Made by a program: the position numbers and the translations under genes. From assembly GCF_009914755.1 (NCBI RefSeq), contig NC_060933.1: a DNA stretch of 64,000 nt; one strand, written 5' to 3'. Below, in pieces: positions 28,601 through 40,345 of the stretch (position 1 is its first letter; each line of letters starts with the position of its first letter). The stretch comes from the human T2T-CHM13v2.0 reference genome, Homo sapiens. Below the pieces are notes generated by a model. It did not search any database and had not been told where the DNA came from. It worked only from the letters and a program-made list of their open reading frames with translations.

Positions 28601-30075
28601 TTCCATTCCATTCCATTCCATTCTATTCCATTGCACTAGGTTTGATTCCATTCCACTGCATTCCATTCCATTCCATTCCATTCCATTCCGTTCCATTCCA
28701 TTCCATTCCATTACATTCGGATTGATTGTATTCAATTCCCTTACACTCCATTTCATTCCATTCCATTCAGGTTGTTTCCATTCCATTCCAATCCATTCCA
28801 CTCCATTCCATTGCACTCGGGTTGATTGTATTCCATTCCATTCCATTCTATTCCATTTCCTTCCATTCCATTCTATTCGGTACCATTCCATTCCATTCCA
28901 TTCCAATCCATTCCATTCCATGCCATTCCACTTGGGTTGATTCCCATCCTTTCCATTCCAATCGGGTTGAATCCATTCCATTCCATTCCATTCCATTCCA
29001 TTCCTTTCCATTCCATTGCACACGGGTTGGTTCCATTCCATTCCTTTCCGTTCCATTCCGGATGACTCCATTCCATGGCATTCCATTCCATTCCATTCCA
29101 TTCCCCTGCACTCGGGTTCATTACCTTCCATTCCATTTACTTCCATTCCATTCCATTCCATTCTCTTCGGGTTAATTCCATTCCATTCCATTCCATTCCA
29201 TTCCATTCCATTCCATTCCATTCCATTGCAATCGAGTTGATTCCATTCCATTCCATTCAATTCCGGATGATTCCATTCCATTGCCTTCAATTCTATTCCA
29301 TTCCCCTGCACTCGGTTTGATTCCATTCCATTCCATTCCATTCTATTCCATTGCACTAGGTTTGATTCCATTCCACTGCATTCCATTCAATTCCATTCCA
29401 TTCCATTCCGTTCCATTCCATTCCATTCCATTACATTCGGATTGATTGTATTCAATTCCCTTACACTCCAATTCATTCCATTCCATTCAGGTTGTTTCCA
29501 TTCCATTCCAATCCATTCCACTCCATTTTATTGCACTCGGGTTGATTGCATTCCATTCCATTCCATTCTATTCCATTTCCTTCCATTCCATTCTATTCGG
29601 TACCATTCCATTCCATTCCATTCAAATCCATTCCATTCCATGCCATTCCACTTGGGTTGATTCCCGTCCTTTCCATTCCATTCGTGTTGAATCCATTCCA
29701 TTCCATTCCATTCCATTCCATTCCTTTCCATTCCATTGCACACGGGTTGGTTCCATTCCATTCCTTTCCGTTCCATTCCGGATGACTCCATTCCATTGCA
29801 TTCCATTCCATTCCATTCCATTCCCCTGCACTCGGGTTCATTACCTTCCATTCCATTTACTTCCATTCCATTCCATTCCATTCTCTTCGGGTTAATTCCA
29901 TTCCATTCCATTCCATTCCATTCCATTCCATTCCATTCCATTCCATTCCATTCCATTCCATTGCAATCGAGTTGATTCCATTCCATTCCATTCAATTCCG
30001 GATGATTCCATTCCATTGCCTTCAATTCCATTCCATTCCCCTGCACTCGGGTTGATTCCATTCCATTCCATTCCA
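28601..30075 (+). repeat. 720-bp tandem duplication (two copies)
   Basis: The lines starting at 28621 and 29341 are nearly identical (TTCTATTCCATTGCACTAGGTTTGATTCCATTCCACTGCA). ORF pairs 28722/29442, 28826/29546 and 29016/29736 are offset by exactly 720. Confidence 0.93.
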
Positions 30076-33000
30076 TTCCATTCCATTTCATTCCATTCCA
30101 TTTCGTTCCTTTCCATTCTATTCCGTACCATTCCATTCCATTCTATTCCATTCCATTCCATTCCATTCCATGCCATTCCACTCGGGTTGATTCCATTCCT
30201 TTCCATTCCATTCGAGTTCAATCCATTCCAATCCATTCCATTCCATTCGATTCCATTCCATTGCACACGGGTTCATTCCATTGCATTCCATTCCGTTCCA
30301 TTCCATTCCATTCCATTTCCTTCCATTCCATTCTATTCCGTACCATTCCATTCCATTCCATTCCATTCCATTCCACTCCATTCCAAGCAATTCCACTCGG
30401 GTTTATTCCATTCCTTTCCATTCCATTCGGGTTGAATCCATTCCATTCCATTCCATTCGATTCCATTACATTGCACTCGGGTTGATTCCATTCCATTCCA
30501 TTCCTTTAAATTTCATTCCATTCCACTCCATTCCATGCCATTCCACGCGGGTTTATTCCATTCCTTTCCATTCCATTCGTGGTGAATCCATTCCATTCCA
30601 TTCCATTCCATTCCATTCCATTCCATTACACTGCACTCGGGTTGATTCCATTCCATTCCATTCCATTCCATTCCATTCCATTCCATTCCATTCCATTCCA
30701 TTCCATGCCATTCCACTCGTGTTGATTCCATTCCTTTCCATTCCATTCGAGTTGAACCCATTCCATTCCATTCCATTCCATTCCATTCCAATCCATTGCA
30801 CACGGGTTCATTCCATTCCATTCCATTCCATTCCGTTCCATTCCATTCCTTTCCACTCCATTCCATTCCATTCTGTTCAGGTTAATTCCATTCTATTCCT
30901 TTCCCTTCCATTCCATTCCATTCCATCCCATTGCAATCGAGTTGATTCCATTGCATTCCATTCCATTACATTGCATTGCATTCCATTGCATTCCATTCCC
31001 CTGCACTCAGGTTGATTCCATTCGATTCCATTCCATTCCATTCCATTCCATTCCGTTCCATTCCATTCCATTCCATTCCATTCTATTCGCGTTAATTGCA
31101 TTCCATTCCATTCCATTACATTCCATTGCAATCGAGTTGATTCCATTCCATTCCGTTCCATTCCATTCCATTCCATTCCATTTCGTTCCATTCCATTCTA
31201 TTCCGTACCATTCCATTCCATTCCATTCCATTCCATTCCATTCCATTCCATTCAATTCCATGCCATTCCACTCGGGTTGATTCCATTGCTTTCCATTCCA
31301 TTTGGGTTGAATCCATTCCATTCCATTCCATTCCATTCCATTCCATTCCATTGCACTAGGTTTGATTCCATTCCACTGCATTCCATTCCATTCCATTCCA
31401 TTCCGTTCCATTCCATTCCATTACATTCGGATTGATTGTATTCAATTTCCTTACACTCTATTTCATTCCATTCCATTCGGGTTGTTTCCATGTCATTCCA
31501 TTCCATTCCACTCCATTCCATTGCACTCGGGTTGATTCCATTCCATTCCATTCCATTCTATTCCATTTCGTTCCATTCCATTCTATTCGGTACCATTCCA
31601 TTCCATTCCATTCCATTCCATTCCATTCCATTCCATGCCATTCCACTTGGGTTGATTCCCTTCCTTTCCATTCCATTCGGGTTGAATCCATTCCATTCCA
31701 TTCCATTCCATTCCATTCCATTTCATTCCTTTCCATTCCATTGCACACGGGTTGATTCCATTAGATTCTTTTCTGTTCCATTCCGGATGACTCCATTCCA
31801 TTGCATTCCATTCCATTCCATTCCCCTGCACTCGGGTTCATTACATTCCATTCCATTTACTTCCATTCCATTCCATTCCATTCCATTCCATTCCATTCCA
31901 TTCTATTCGGGTTAATTCAATTCCATTCCATTCCATTCCATTCCATTCCATTCCGTTCCATTCAATTCCATTACATTCGGATTGATTCTTTTTAATTCCC
32001 TTACACTCCATTACATTCTATTCCATTCGGGTAGTTTCCATACCATTCCATTCCATTCCACTGCATTCTATTGCACTCGGGTTGATTAATTCCATTCCAT
32101 TGCATTCCATTCCATTCCGGATGATTCCATTCCATTGCATTCCATTGCATTCCATTCCCCTGTACTCGGGTTGATGCCATTCCATTGCATTCCATTCCAT
32201 TCCATTCCATTCCATTACATTCCATTCCGTTCCGTTCCATTCCATTCCCTTCCATTCTGTTCAGGTTAATTCCATTCCATTCCATTCCCTTCCATTCCAT
32301 TCCATTCCATTCCATGCCATTCCACTCGGGTTGATTCCATTCCTTTCCATTCCATTCGAGTTGAACCCATTCCATTCCATTCCATTCCATTCCATTCCAC
32401 TCGGGTTGATTCCATTCCTTTCCATTCCATTCGGGTTGAAACCATTCCATTCCATTCCATTCCTTTCGATTCCATTCCATTTCACTCGGGTTGATCCCAT
32501 TCCATTGCATTCCATTCCATTCCATTGCATTCCATTCCGTTCCATTCCATTCCATTACATTCGTATTGATTCTATTCAATTCCCTTACTCTCCATTACAT
32601 TCCATTCCATTCGGGTTGTTTCCATTCCATTCCATTCCATTCCACTCCATTCCATTGCAATCGGGTTGATTCCATTCCATTCTATTGCATTCCATTCCAT
32701 TCCATTCCATTCCGTATGATTCCATTCCATTGCATTCCATTCCATTCCATTCCCCTGCACTCGGGTGGATTCCATTCCATTCCATTCCATTCCATTCCAT
32801 TCCATTCCATTCCATTCCATTCTATTCGGGTTAATTTCATTCCAATCCATTCCATTCCCTTCCATTGCATTCCATTCCATTCCATTCCATTCCATTGAAA
32901 TCGAGTTGATTCCATTCCATTCCATTCCATTCCATTCCATTCCATTCCATTCCATTCCATTCCATTCTATTCGGGTTAATTCCATTCCATTCCATTCCAT

Positions 33001-36000
33001 TCCATTCCCTTCCATTCCATTCTATTCCATTCCATTCCATTCAATTCCATTCTAGTATGGTTAATTCCATTCCATTCCATTCCATTCCATTCCATTCCAT
33101 TCCATTCCATTCCATTCCATTGCAATCGAGTTGATTCCATTCCATTCCATTCCATTCCATTCCATTCCATTCCATTCAATTCCATTGAACTCGGGTTGAT
33201 TCCATTCCATTCCATGCCATTCCATTTCATTCCATTCCATTCCATTCCATTCCATTCCATTCCATTCCATTCCTTTCCGTTCCATTCAATTACATTCGGA
33301 TTGATTCTATTCAATTCCCTTACACTCCAATACATTCTATTCCATTCGTGTTGTTTCCATTCTATTCCATTCCATTCCACTCCATTCCATTGCACTCTGG
33401 TTGATTCCATTCCATTCCCTTCCATTCCGTATGACTCCATTCCATTTCATTCCATTGCATTGCTTTCCCCTGCACTCGAGTTGATTACTTTCCATTCCAT
33501 TCCCTTCCTTTCCGTTCCATTCCATTCTATTCGGGTTAAATCCATTCCATTCCATTCCCTTCCTTTCCGTTCCATTCCATTCTATTCGGGTTAATTCCAT
33601 TCCATTCCATTACATTCCATTCCCTTCCATTCCATTCCATTCCATTCCATTCCATTCCATTCCATTCGATTCTATTCGGGTTAATTCCATTCCATTCCAT
33701 TCCATTCCATTCCATTCAATTGCATTCCATTGCAATCGAGTTCTTTCCATTCCATTCCATTCCATTCCATTCCATTCCGGATGATTCCATTCCATTGCCT
33801 TTCATTCCATTCCATTACCATGCACTCGGGTTGTTTCCATTCCATTCCATTCCATTCCATTCCATTCCATTCCATTTCATTCCATTCGATTCTAATCCGT
33901 ACCATTCAATTCCATTCCATTCCATGCCATTCCATTCCATTCCAGTCCATGCCATTCCACTCGGGTTGATTTCATTCCTTTCCATTCCATTCGAGTTGTA
34001 TCCTTTCCATTCCATTCCATTCCATTCGATTCCATTCCATTGCACACGGGTTCATTCCATTCCATTCCATTCCATTCCATTCCATTCCATTTCGTTCCAT
34101 TCCATTCTATCCCGTACCATTCCATTCTATTCCGTACCATTCCATTCCATTCCATTCCATTCCAGTCCATTCCATTCCATTCCACTCGGGTTGATTCTAT
34201 TCCTTTCCATTCCATTTGGGTTGAATCCATTCCATTGCATTCCATTCCATTCGATTCCATTACATTACACTCGGGTTGATTCCTTTCCATTCCATTCCAT
34301 TCCATTTCATTCCATTCCATTCCATTCCATTCCATTCCATTCTATTCCATACCATTCCATTCCATTCCATTACATGCCATTCCACTCGGGTTGATTCCAT
34401 TCCTTTCCATTCCTTTCGAGTTGAACCCATTCCATTCCATTCCATTCCATTCCATTCCATTGCACACGGGTTCATTCCATTCCATTCCATTCCATTCCAT
34501 TTCGTTCTTTTCCATTCTATTCCGTACCATTCCATTCCATTCCATTCCATTCCATGCCATTCCACTCGGGTTTATTCCATTCCTTTCCATTCCATTCGGG
34601 TTCAATCCATTCCATTCCCTTCCATTCCATGCGATTCCATTCCATTGCACTCGGGTTGATTCCATTCCATTCCATGCCATTCCATTTCATTCCATTCCAT
34701 TCCATTCCATTCCATTCTATTCCGTTCCATTCCATTCAATTACATTCGTATTGATTCTTTTTATTTCCCTTACACTCCATTCCATTCCATTCCATTCGGG
34801 TACTTTCCATTCCATTCCATTCCATTCCACTGCATTCTATTGCACTCGGGTTGATTGATTCCATTCCATTGCATTCCATTCCATTCCATTCCCCTGAACT
34901 CGGGTGGATTCCATTCCATTCCATTCCATTCCATTCCGTTCCATTCCATTCCATTCCATTCCATTCTGTTCAGGTTAATTCCATTCCATTCCATTCCCTT
35001 CCATTCCATTCCATTCTATTCCATTCCATTCCATTCCATTTCCTGCACTCAGTTTGATTCCATTCCATTCCATTCCATTCCATTCCGTTCCATTCCATTC
35101 CAATCCATTTTATTCGCATTAATTCCATTCAATTCCATTCCATTACATTCCATTGCAATCGAGTTGATTCCATTCCATTCCATTCCATTCCATTCAAGTC
35201 CTTTCCATTCCATTCCACTCGTGTTGATTCCATTTTATTAGTTTCCATTCCATTCCATTCCCTTCCATTCCACTCTGGTTGATTCCATTCCTTTCCATTC
35301 TACTCGATTGCATTCCCTTCTATTCCACTCGGATTGATTCCATTCCATTCCGTTCCATTCCATTCCATTTCGTTCCATTCCATTCTATTCCATTCCATTC
35401 CATTCCATTCCTTTCCATTCCATTCCGTTCCATTCCATTCCATTCCATTCCATTTCTTTCCATTCCATTCTATTCCATACCATTCCATTCCATTCCGTTC
35501 CATGCCATTCCACTCGGGTTGATTCCATTGCTTTCCATTCCATTTGGGTTGAATGCATTCCATTCCATTCCATTCCATTCCATTCCATTCAATTCCGTTC
35601 CGTTCCATTCCATTCCATTACATTCGTATTGATTGTATTCAATTCCCTTACACTCCATTACATTCCATTCCATTCGGGTTGTTTCCATTCCATTCCATTC
35701 CATTCCACTCCATTCCATTGCAGTCGGGTTGATTCCATTCCATTCCATTCCATTCCCTTCCATTCCATTTCGTTCCATTCCATTCTATTCCATACCATTC
35801 CACTCCATTCCATGCCATTCCACTCGGGTTTATTCCATTCCTTTCCTTTCCATTCGGGTTGAATCCATTCCATTCGGGTTGAATCCATTCCATTCCATTC
35901 CATTCCATTCCATTCCATTCCATTCCATGCCATTCCACTCGGGTTGATTCCATTCCTTTCCATTCCATTCGAGTTGAACCCATTCCATTCCATTCCATTC

Positions 36001-38089
36001 CATTCCATTCCATTCCATTCCATTCCATTGCTCACGGGTTCATTCCATCCAATTCCATTCCATTTCATTCCATTCCATTCCATTTCGTTCCATTCCATTC
36101 TACTCCGTACCATTGCATTCCATTCCATTCCCTTCCATGCCATTTCACTCGGGTTTATTCCTTTCCTTTCCATTCCATTCGGGTTGAATCCATTCCATTC
36201 CATTCCATTGCATTCCATTCCATTCCATTCCCCTGCAATCGGGTGGATTCCATTCTATTCCATTCCATTCCATTCCATTCCATTCCATTCAATTTCGTTC
36301 CATTCCATTCTATTCCGTACCTTTCCATTCCATTCCATTCCATTCCTTTCCATGCCATTCCACTCGGGTTGATTCCATTGCTTTCCATTCCATTTGGGTT
36401 GAATCTAATCCATTCCATTCCATTCCATTCCATTCCATTGCACTAGGTTTGATTCCATTTCACTGCATTCCATTCCATTCCATTCCATTAAATTCCATTC
36501 CACTCGGGTTGATTCCATTCCTTTCCATTCCATTCGTGTTGAATCCATTCCATTCCATTCCATTACTTTCGATTCCATTCCATTGCACTCGGGTTGAACC
36601 CATTCCATTGGATTCCATTCCATTCCATTGCATTCCATTCCGTTCCATTCCATTCCATTACATTCGTATTGATTCTATTCACTTCCCTTACACTCCATTC
36701 CATTCCATTCCATTCGGGTTGTTTCCATTCCATTCCATTCCATTCCACTCCATTCCATTGCAATCGGGTTGATTCCATTCCATTCCATTCCATTCCGTAT
36801 GATTCCATTCCATTGCATTCCATTCCATTCCATTCCCCTGCACTCGGGTGGATTCCATTCTATTCCATTCCATTCCATTCCAGTCTATTCCATTCCATTC
36901 CATTCCATTCCATTCCATTCTATTCGGGTTAATTTCATTCCATTCCATTCCATTCAATTCCATTGCATTCCATTGCATTCCATTGAAATCGAGTTGATTC
37001 CACTTCATTCCATTCCATTCCATTCCATTCCATTCCATTCCATTGCATTCTATTCCGGTTAATTCCATTCCATTCCATTCCATTCCATTCCCTTCCATTC
37101 CATTCCATTCCATTCTATTAGGGTTAATTCCATTCCATTCCATTCCATTACATTCCATTGCAATCGAGTTGATTCCATTCCATTCCATTCCATTCCATTC
37201 AATTCCGGTTGATTGCATTCCATTGCCTTCCATTCCATTCCATTCCCCTGCACTCAGGTTGATTCCATTCCATTCCGTACCATTCCATTCCATTCCATTC
37301 CATTTCATTCCATTCCATTCCATGCCATTCCACTCGGGTTGATTCCATTCCTTTCCATTCCATTCGACTTGAATCCATTCCATTCAATTCCATTCCATTC
37401 GATTTCATTCCATTGCACACGGGTTCATTCCATTCCATTCCATTCCATTCCATTCCATTCCATTCCACTCGGGATGATTCCATTCCTTTCCATTCCATTC
37501 GGGTGGAAACCATTCGATTCCATTCCATTCCTTTCGATTCCATTCCATTACACTCGGGTTGATCCCATTCCATTGCATTGCTTTCCATTCCATTGCATTC
37601 CTTTCCCTTCCATTCCATTCCATTACATTCGTATTGATTCTATTCAATTCCCTTACACTCCATTACATTCCATTCCATTCGGGTTTTTTCCATTCCATTC
37701 CATTCCATTCCACTCCATTCCATTGCAATCGGGTTGATTCCATTCCATTCCATTCCATTCCATTCCGTTCCATTCCATTCTATTCCATTCTGTTCAGGTT
37801 AATTCCATTCCATTCCATTCCCTTCCATTCCATTCCATTCCATTCCATTCCATCCAATTGCAATCGACTTGATTCCATTGCATTCCATTCCATTCCATTC
37901 CATTGCATTCCATTCCATTCCATTCCATTCCATTGCATTCCATTCCATTCCATTCCCCTGCACTCAGATTGATTCCATTCCATCCCATTCCATTCCATTC
38001 CGTTCCATTCCATTCCATTACATTCGGATTGATTGTATTCAATTCCCTTACACTCCATTACATTCCATTCCATTCTGGTTGTTTCCATT

Positions 38090-38115
38090 CCATTCCATTC
38101 CGTGTGCAATGGAAT
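38090..38115. other. Strand-inversion breakpoint within the satellite array
   Basis: The sequence reads ...CATTCCATTCC|GTGTGCAATGGAATGG.... The left arm ends in CATTCC (to 38101). The right arm starts with CCGTGTGCAATGG (from 38100), the reverse complement of the common motif CCATTGCACACGG. CC at 38100-38101 is shared and no foreign sequence is inserted. Confidence 0.96.
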
Positions 38116-39539
38116 GGAATGGAATGGAATGGAATGGAATGGAATGGGTTCAACTAGAATGGAATGGAAAGGAATGGAATCAACCCGAGTGGAATGGCAT
38201 GGAATGGAATGGAATGGAATGGAATGGAATGGAATGAATTCAACCCGAATGGAATGGAAAGGAATGGAATAAACCCGAGTGGAATGGCATGGAATGGAGT
38301 GGAATGGAATGGAACGGAATACTACGGAAGAGAATGGAATGGAACGAAATGGAATGGAATGGAATGGAATGGAATGGAATGAACACGTGAGCAATGGAAT
38401 GGAATCGAATGGAATGGAATGGAATGGAATGGATTCAACTCGAATGGAATGGAAACGAATGGAATCAACCCGAGTGGAATGGCATGGAATGGAATGGAAT
38501 GGAATGGAATGGAATGGAATGGAATGGAATGGAATGGAATCGTTCCGAGTGGAATAGGAGGGAATGTATTCGAGTGGAATGGAAAGGAATGGAATCAACC
38601 AGAGTGGAATGGAAGGGAATGGAATGGAATGGAAACTAATAGAATGGAATCAACCCGAGTGGAATGGAATGGAAAGGACTGGAATGGAAAGGAATGGAAT
38701 GGAATGGAATGGAATGGAATGGAATGGAATGGAGTGGAATGGAATGGAATCAACCCGAGTGCAGGGGAATGGAATGGAATGGAATGCAATGGAATGGAAT
38801 CATCCGGAATGGAATGGAATGGAATGGAATGCAAAGCAATGGAATCAACTCGATTGCAATGGAATGGAATGGAATGGAAAGGAATAGAATGGAATCAACC
38901 CGAGTGTAATGGAATGGAAAGGACTGGAATGGAGTGGAATGGAGTGGAATGGAATGGAATGGAATCAACTCGATTGGAATGGAATGGAATGGAATGGAAT
39001 GGAATGGAATTAACCTCAATGGAATGGAATGGAATGGAATGGAACGGAATGGAATGGAATAGAATGGAATAGAATGGAATGGAATGGAATCAACCCGACT
39101 GCAGGGGAATGGAATGGAATGGAATGGAATGGAATGGAATGGAATGGAATCATCCGGAACGGAATGGAATGGAATGGAATGGAATCAACTCGATTGCAAT
39201 GGAAAGGAATGGAATGGAATGGAATGGAATGGAATGGAATGGAATGGAATGGAATTCACCCGAATAGAATGGAATGGAATGGAATGGAAAGGAATGGAAG
39301 GGAAGGCAATGGAATGTTATCAACCCGAGTGCAGGGGAATGGAATGGAATGGAATGCAATGGAATGGAATCATCCGGAATGGAATCGAATGGAATGGAAT
39401 GGAATGGAATGGAATGGAATGGTATCAACCCGAGTGCAGGGGAATGTAATGGAACGGAATGCAATGGAATGGAATCATCCGGAATGGAATGGAATTGAAT
39501 GGAATGGAATGGAATCAACCCGAGTGCAATGGAATGGAG

Positions 39540-40345
39540 TGGAATGGAATGGAATGGAATGGAACAACCCGAATGGAATGGAATGTAATGGACAGTAAGG
39601 GAGTTGAATAGAATCAATCCGAATGTAATGGAATGGAATGCAACGGAATGGAATGGAATGGAATGCAATGGAATGGAATGGAATGGAATGCAAAGGAATG
39701 GAATCAACCCGAGTGGAATAGCATGGAATGGATTGCAATGGATTGGAATGGAATGGAATCAACTCCAGTGCAAAGGAATGGAATGGAATGGAAAGGAATG
39801 GAATGAAGTCAACTCGAGTGGAATGGAATGGAATGGAATGGATTGGAATGGATTGCAATGGAATGAAATGGAATGGAATGGAATGGAATCAATCATTCCG
39901 AGTGGAATGGAAGGGAATGTAATGGAGTGGAAAGAAGGGAATGGAATCAACCCGAGTGGAATGCAAGGCAATGGAATGGAATGGAAAGGAATGGAATGGA
40001 ATCAACTCGATTGCAATGGAATGGAATGGTATGGAATGGAATGGAATGGAATGGAATGGAATGGAATGGAATTAACCGGAATAGAATGGAATGGAATGGA
40101 ATAGAACGGAATGGAATTTAATGGAAGGGAATGGAATCAACACGAGTGCAGGGGAATGGAATGGAATGGAATGCAATGGAATGGAATCATCCGGAATGGA
40201 ATGGAATGGAATGGAATAAACTCCATTGCAATGGAATGGAATGGAATGGAATGGAATAGAATGGAATGGAATTAACCCGAATAGAATGGAATGCAATAGA
40301 ATGGAATGCAACGGAACCGAATGGAGTGGAATGGAATGGAATGGA
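39540..40345 (-). repeat. Dispersed duplication (partner ~61900-62690; partial third copy ~63360-63720)
   Basis: ORF pairs 39759/62111/63419 and 39873/62225/63533. All three copies share AATCAATCATTCCGAGT..GGAAAGAAGGG, and the first two share ACGGAACCGAATGGAGT (40311/62653). Confidence 0.82.

Larger units (their letters stand above)
1..38101 (+). repeat. Satellite III (HSat3) array, C-rich (CATTC)n strand on +
   Basis: Continuous CATTC pentamers interrupted by ACTCGGGTTG (reverse complement of the SatIII decamer CAACCCGAGT) and its variants AATCGAGTTG, ATTCGGGTTA, ATTCGGATTG and CCGGATGATT. The HSat2-type CATTCGATTC/ATGATG pattern is not dominant. Confidence 0.97.

Noticed and set aside
30501-30520. 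AT-rich blip CCTTTAAATTTC
   Set aside because: The pentamer register is preserved, so this is a few substitutions rather than an insertion.
38090-38115. Transposon or target-site duplication at the breakpoint
   Set aside because: Every base is explained by one arm or the other. There is no foreign sequence, poly(A) tail or flanking duplication.
38096-38116. Possible heat-shock element created by the TTC/GAA inversion junction itself
   Set aside because: TTC at 38098-38100 and GAA at 38112-38114 are one base out of the required 5-bp register.
37780-38598. Chimeric ORFs crossing the junction (e.g. 272 aa on -, 122 aa on +) that switch from IPFHS to MEWNG
   Set aside because: They are a direct consequence of the strand inversion and are useful only as a breakpoint marker.
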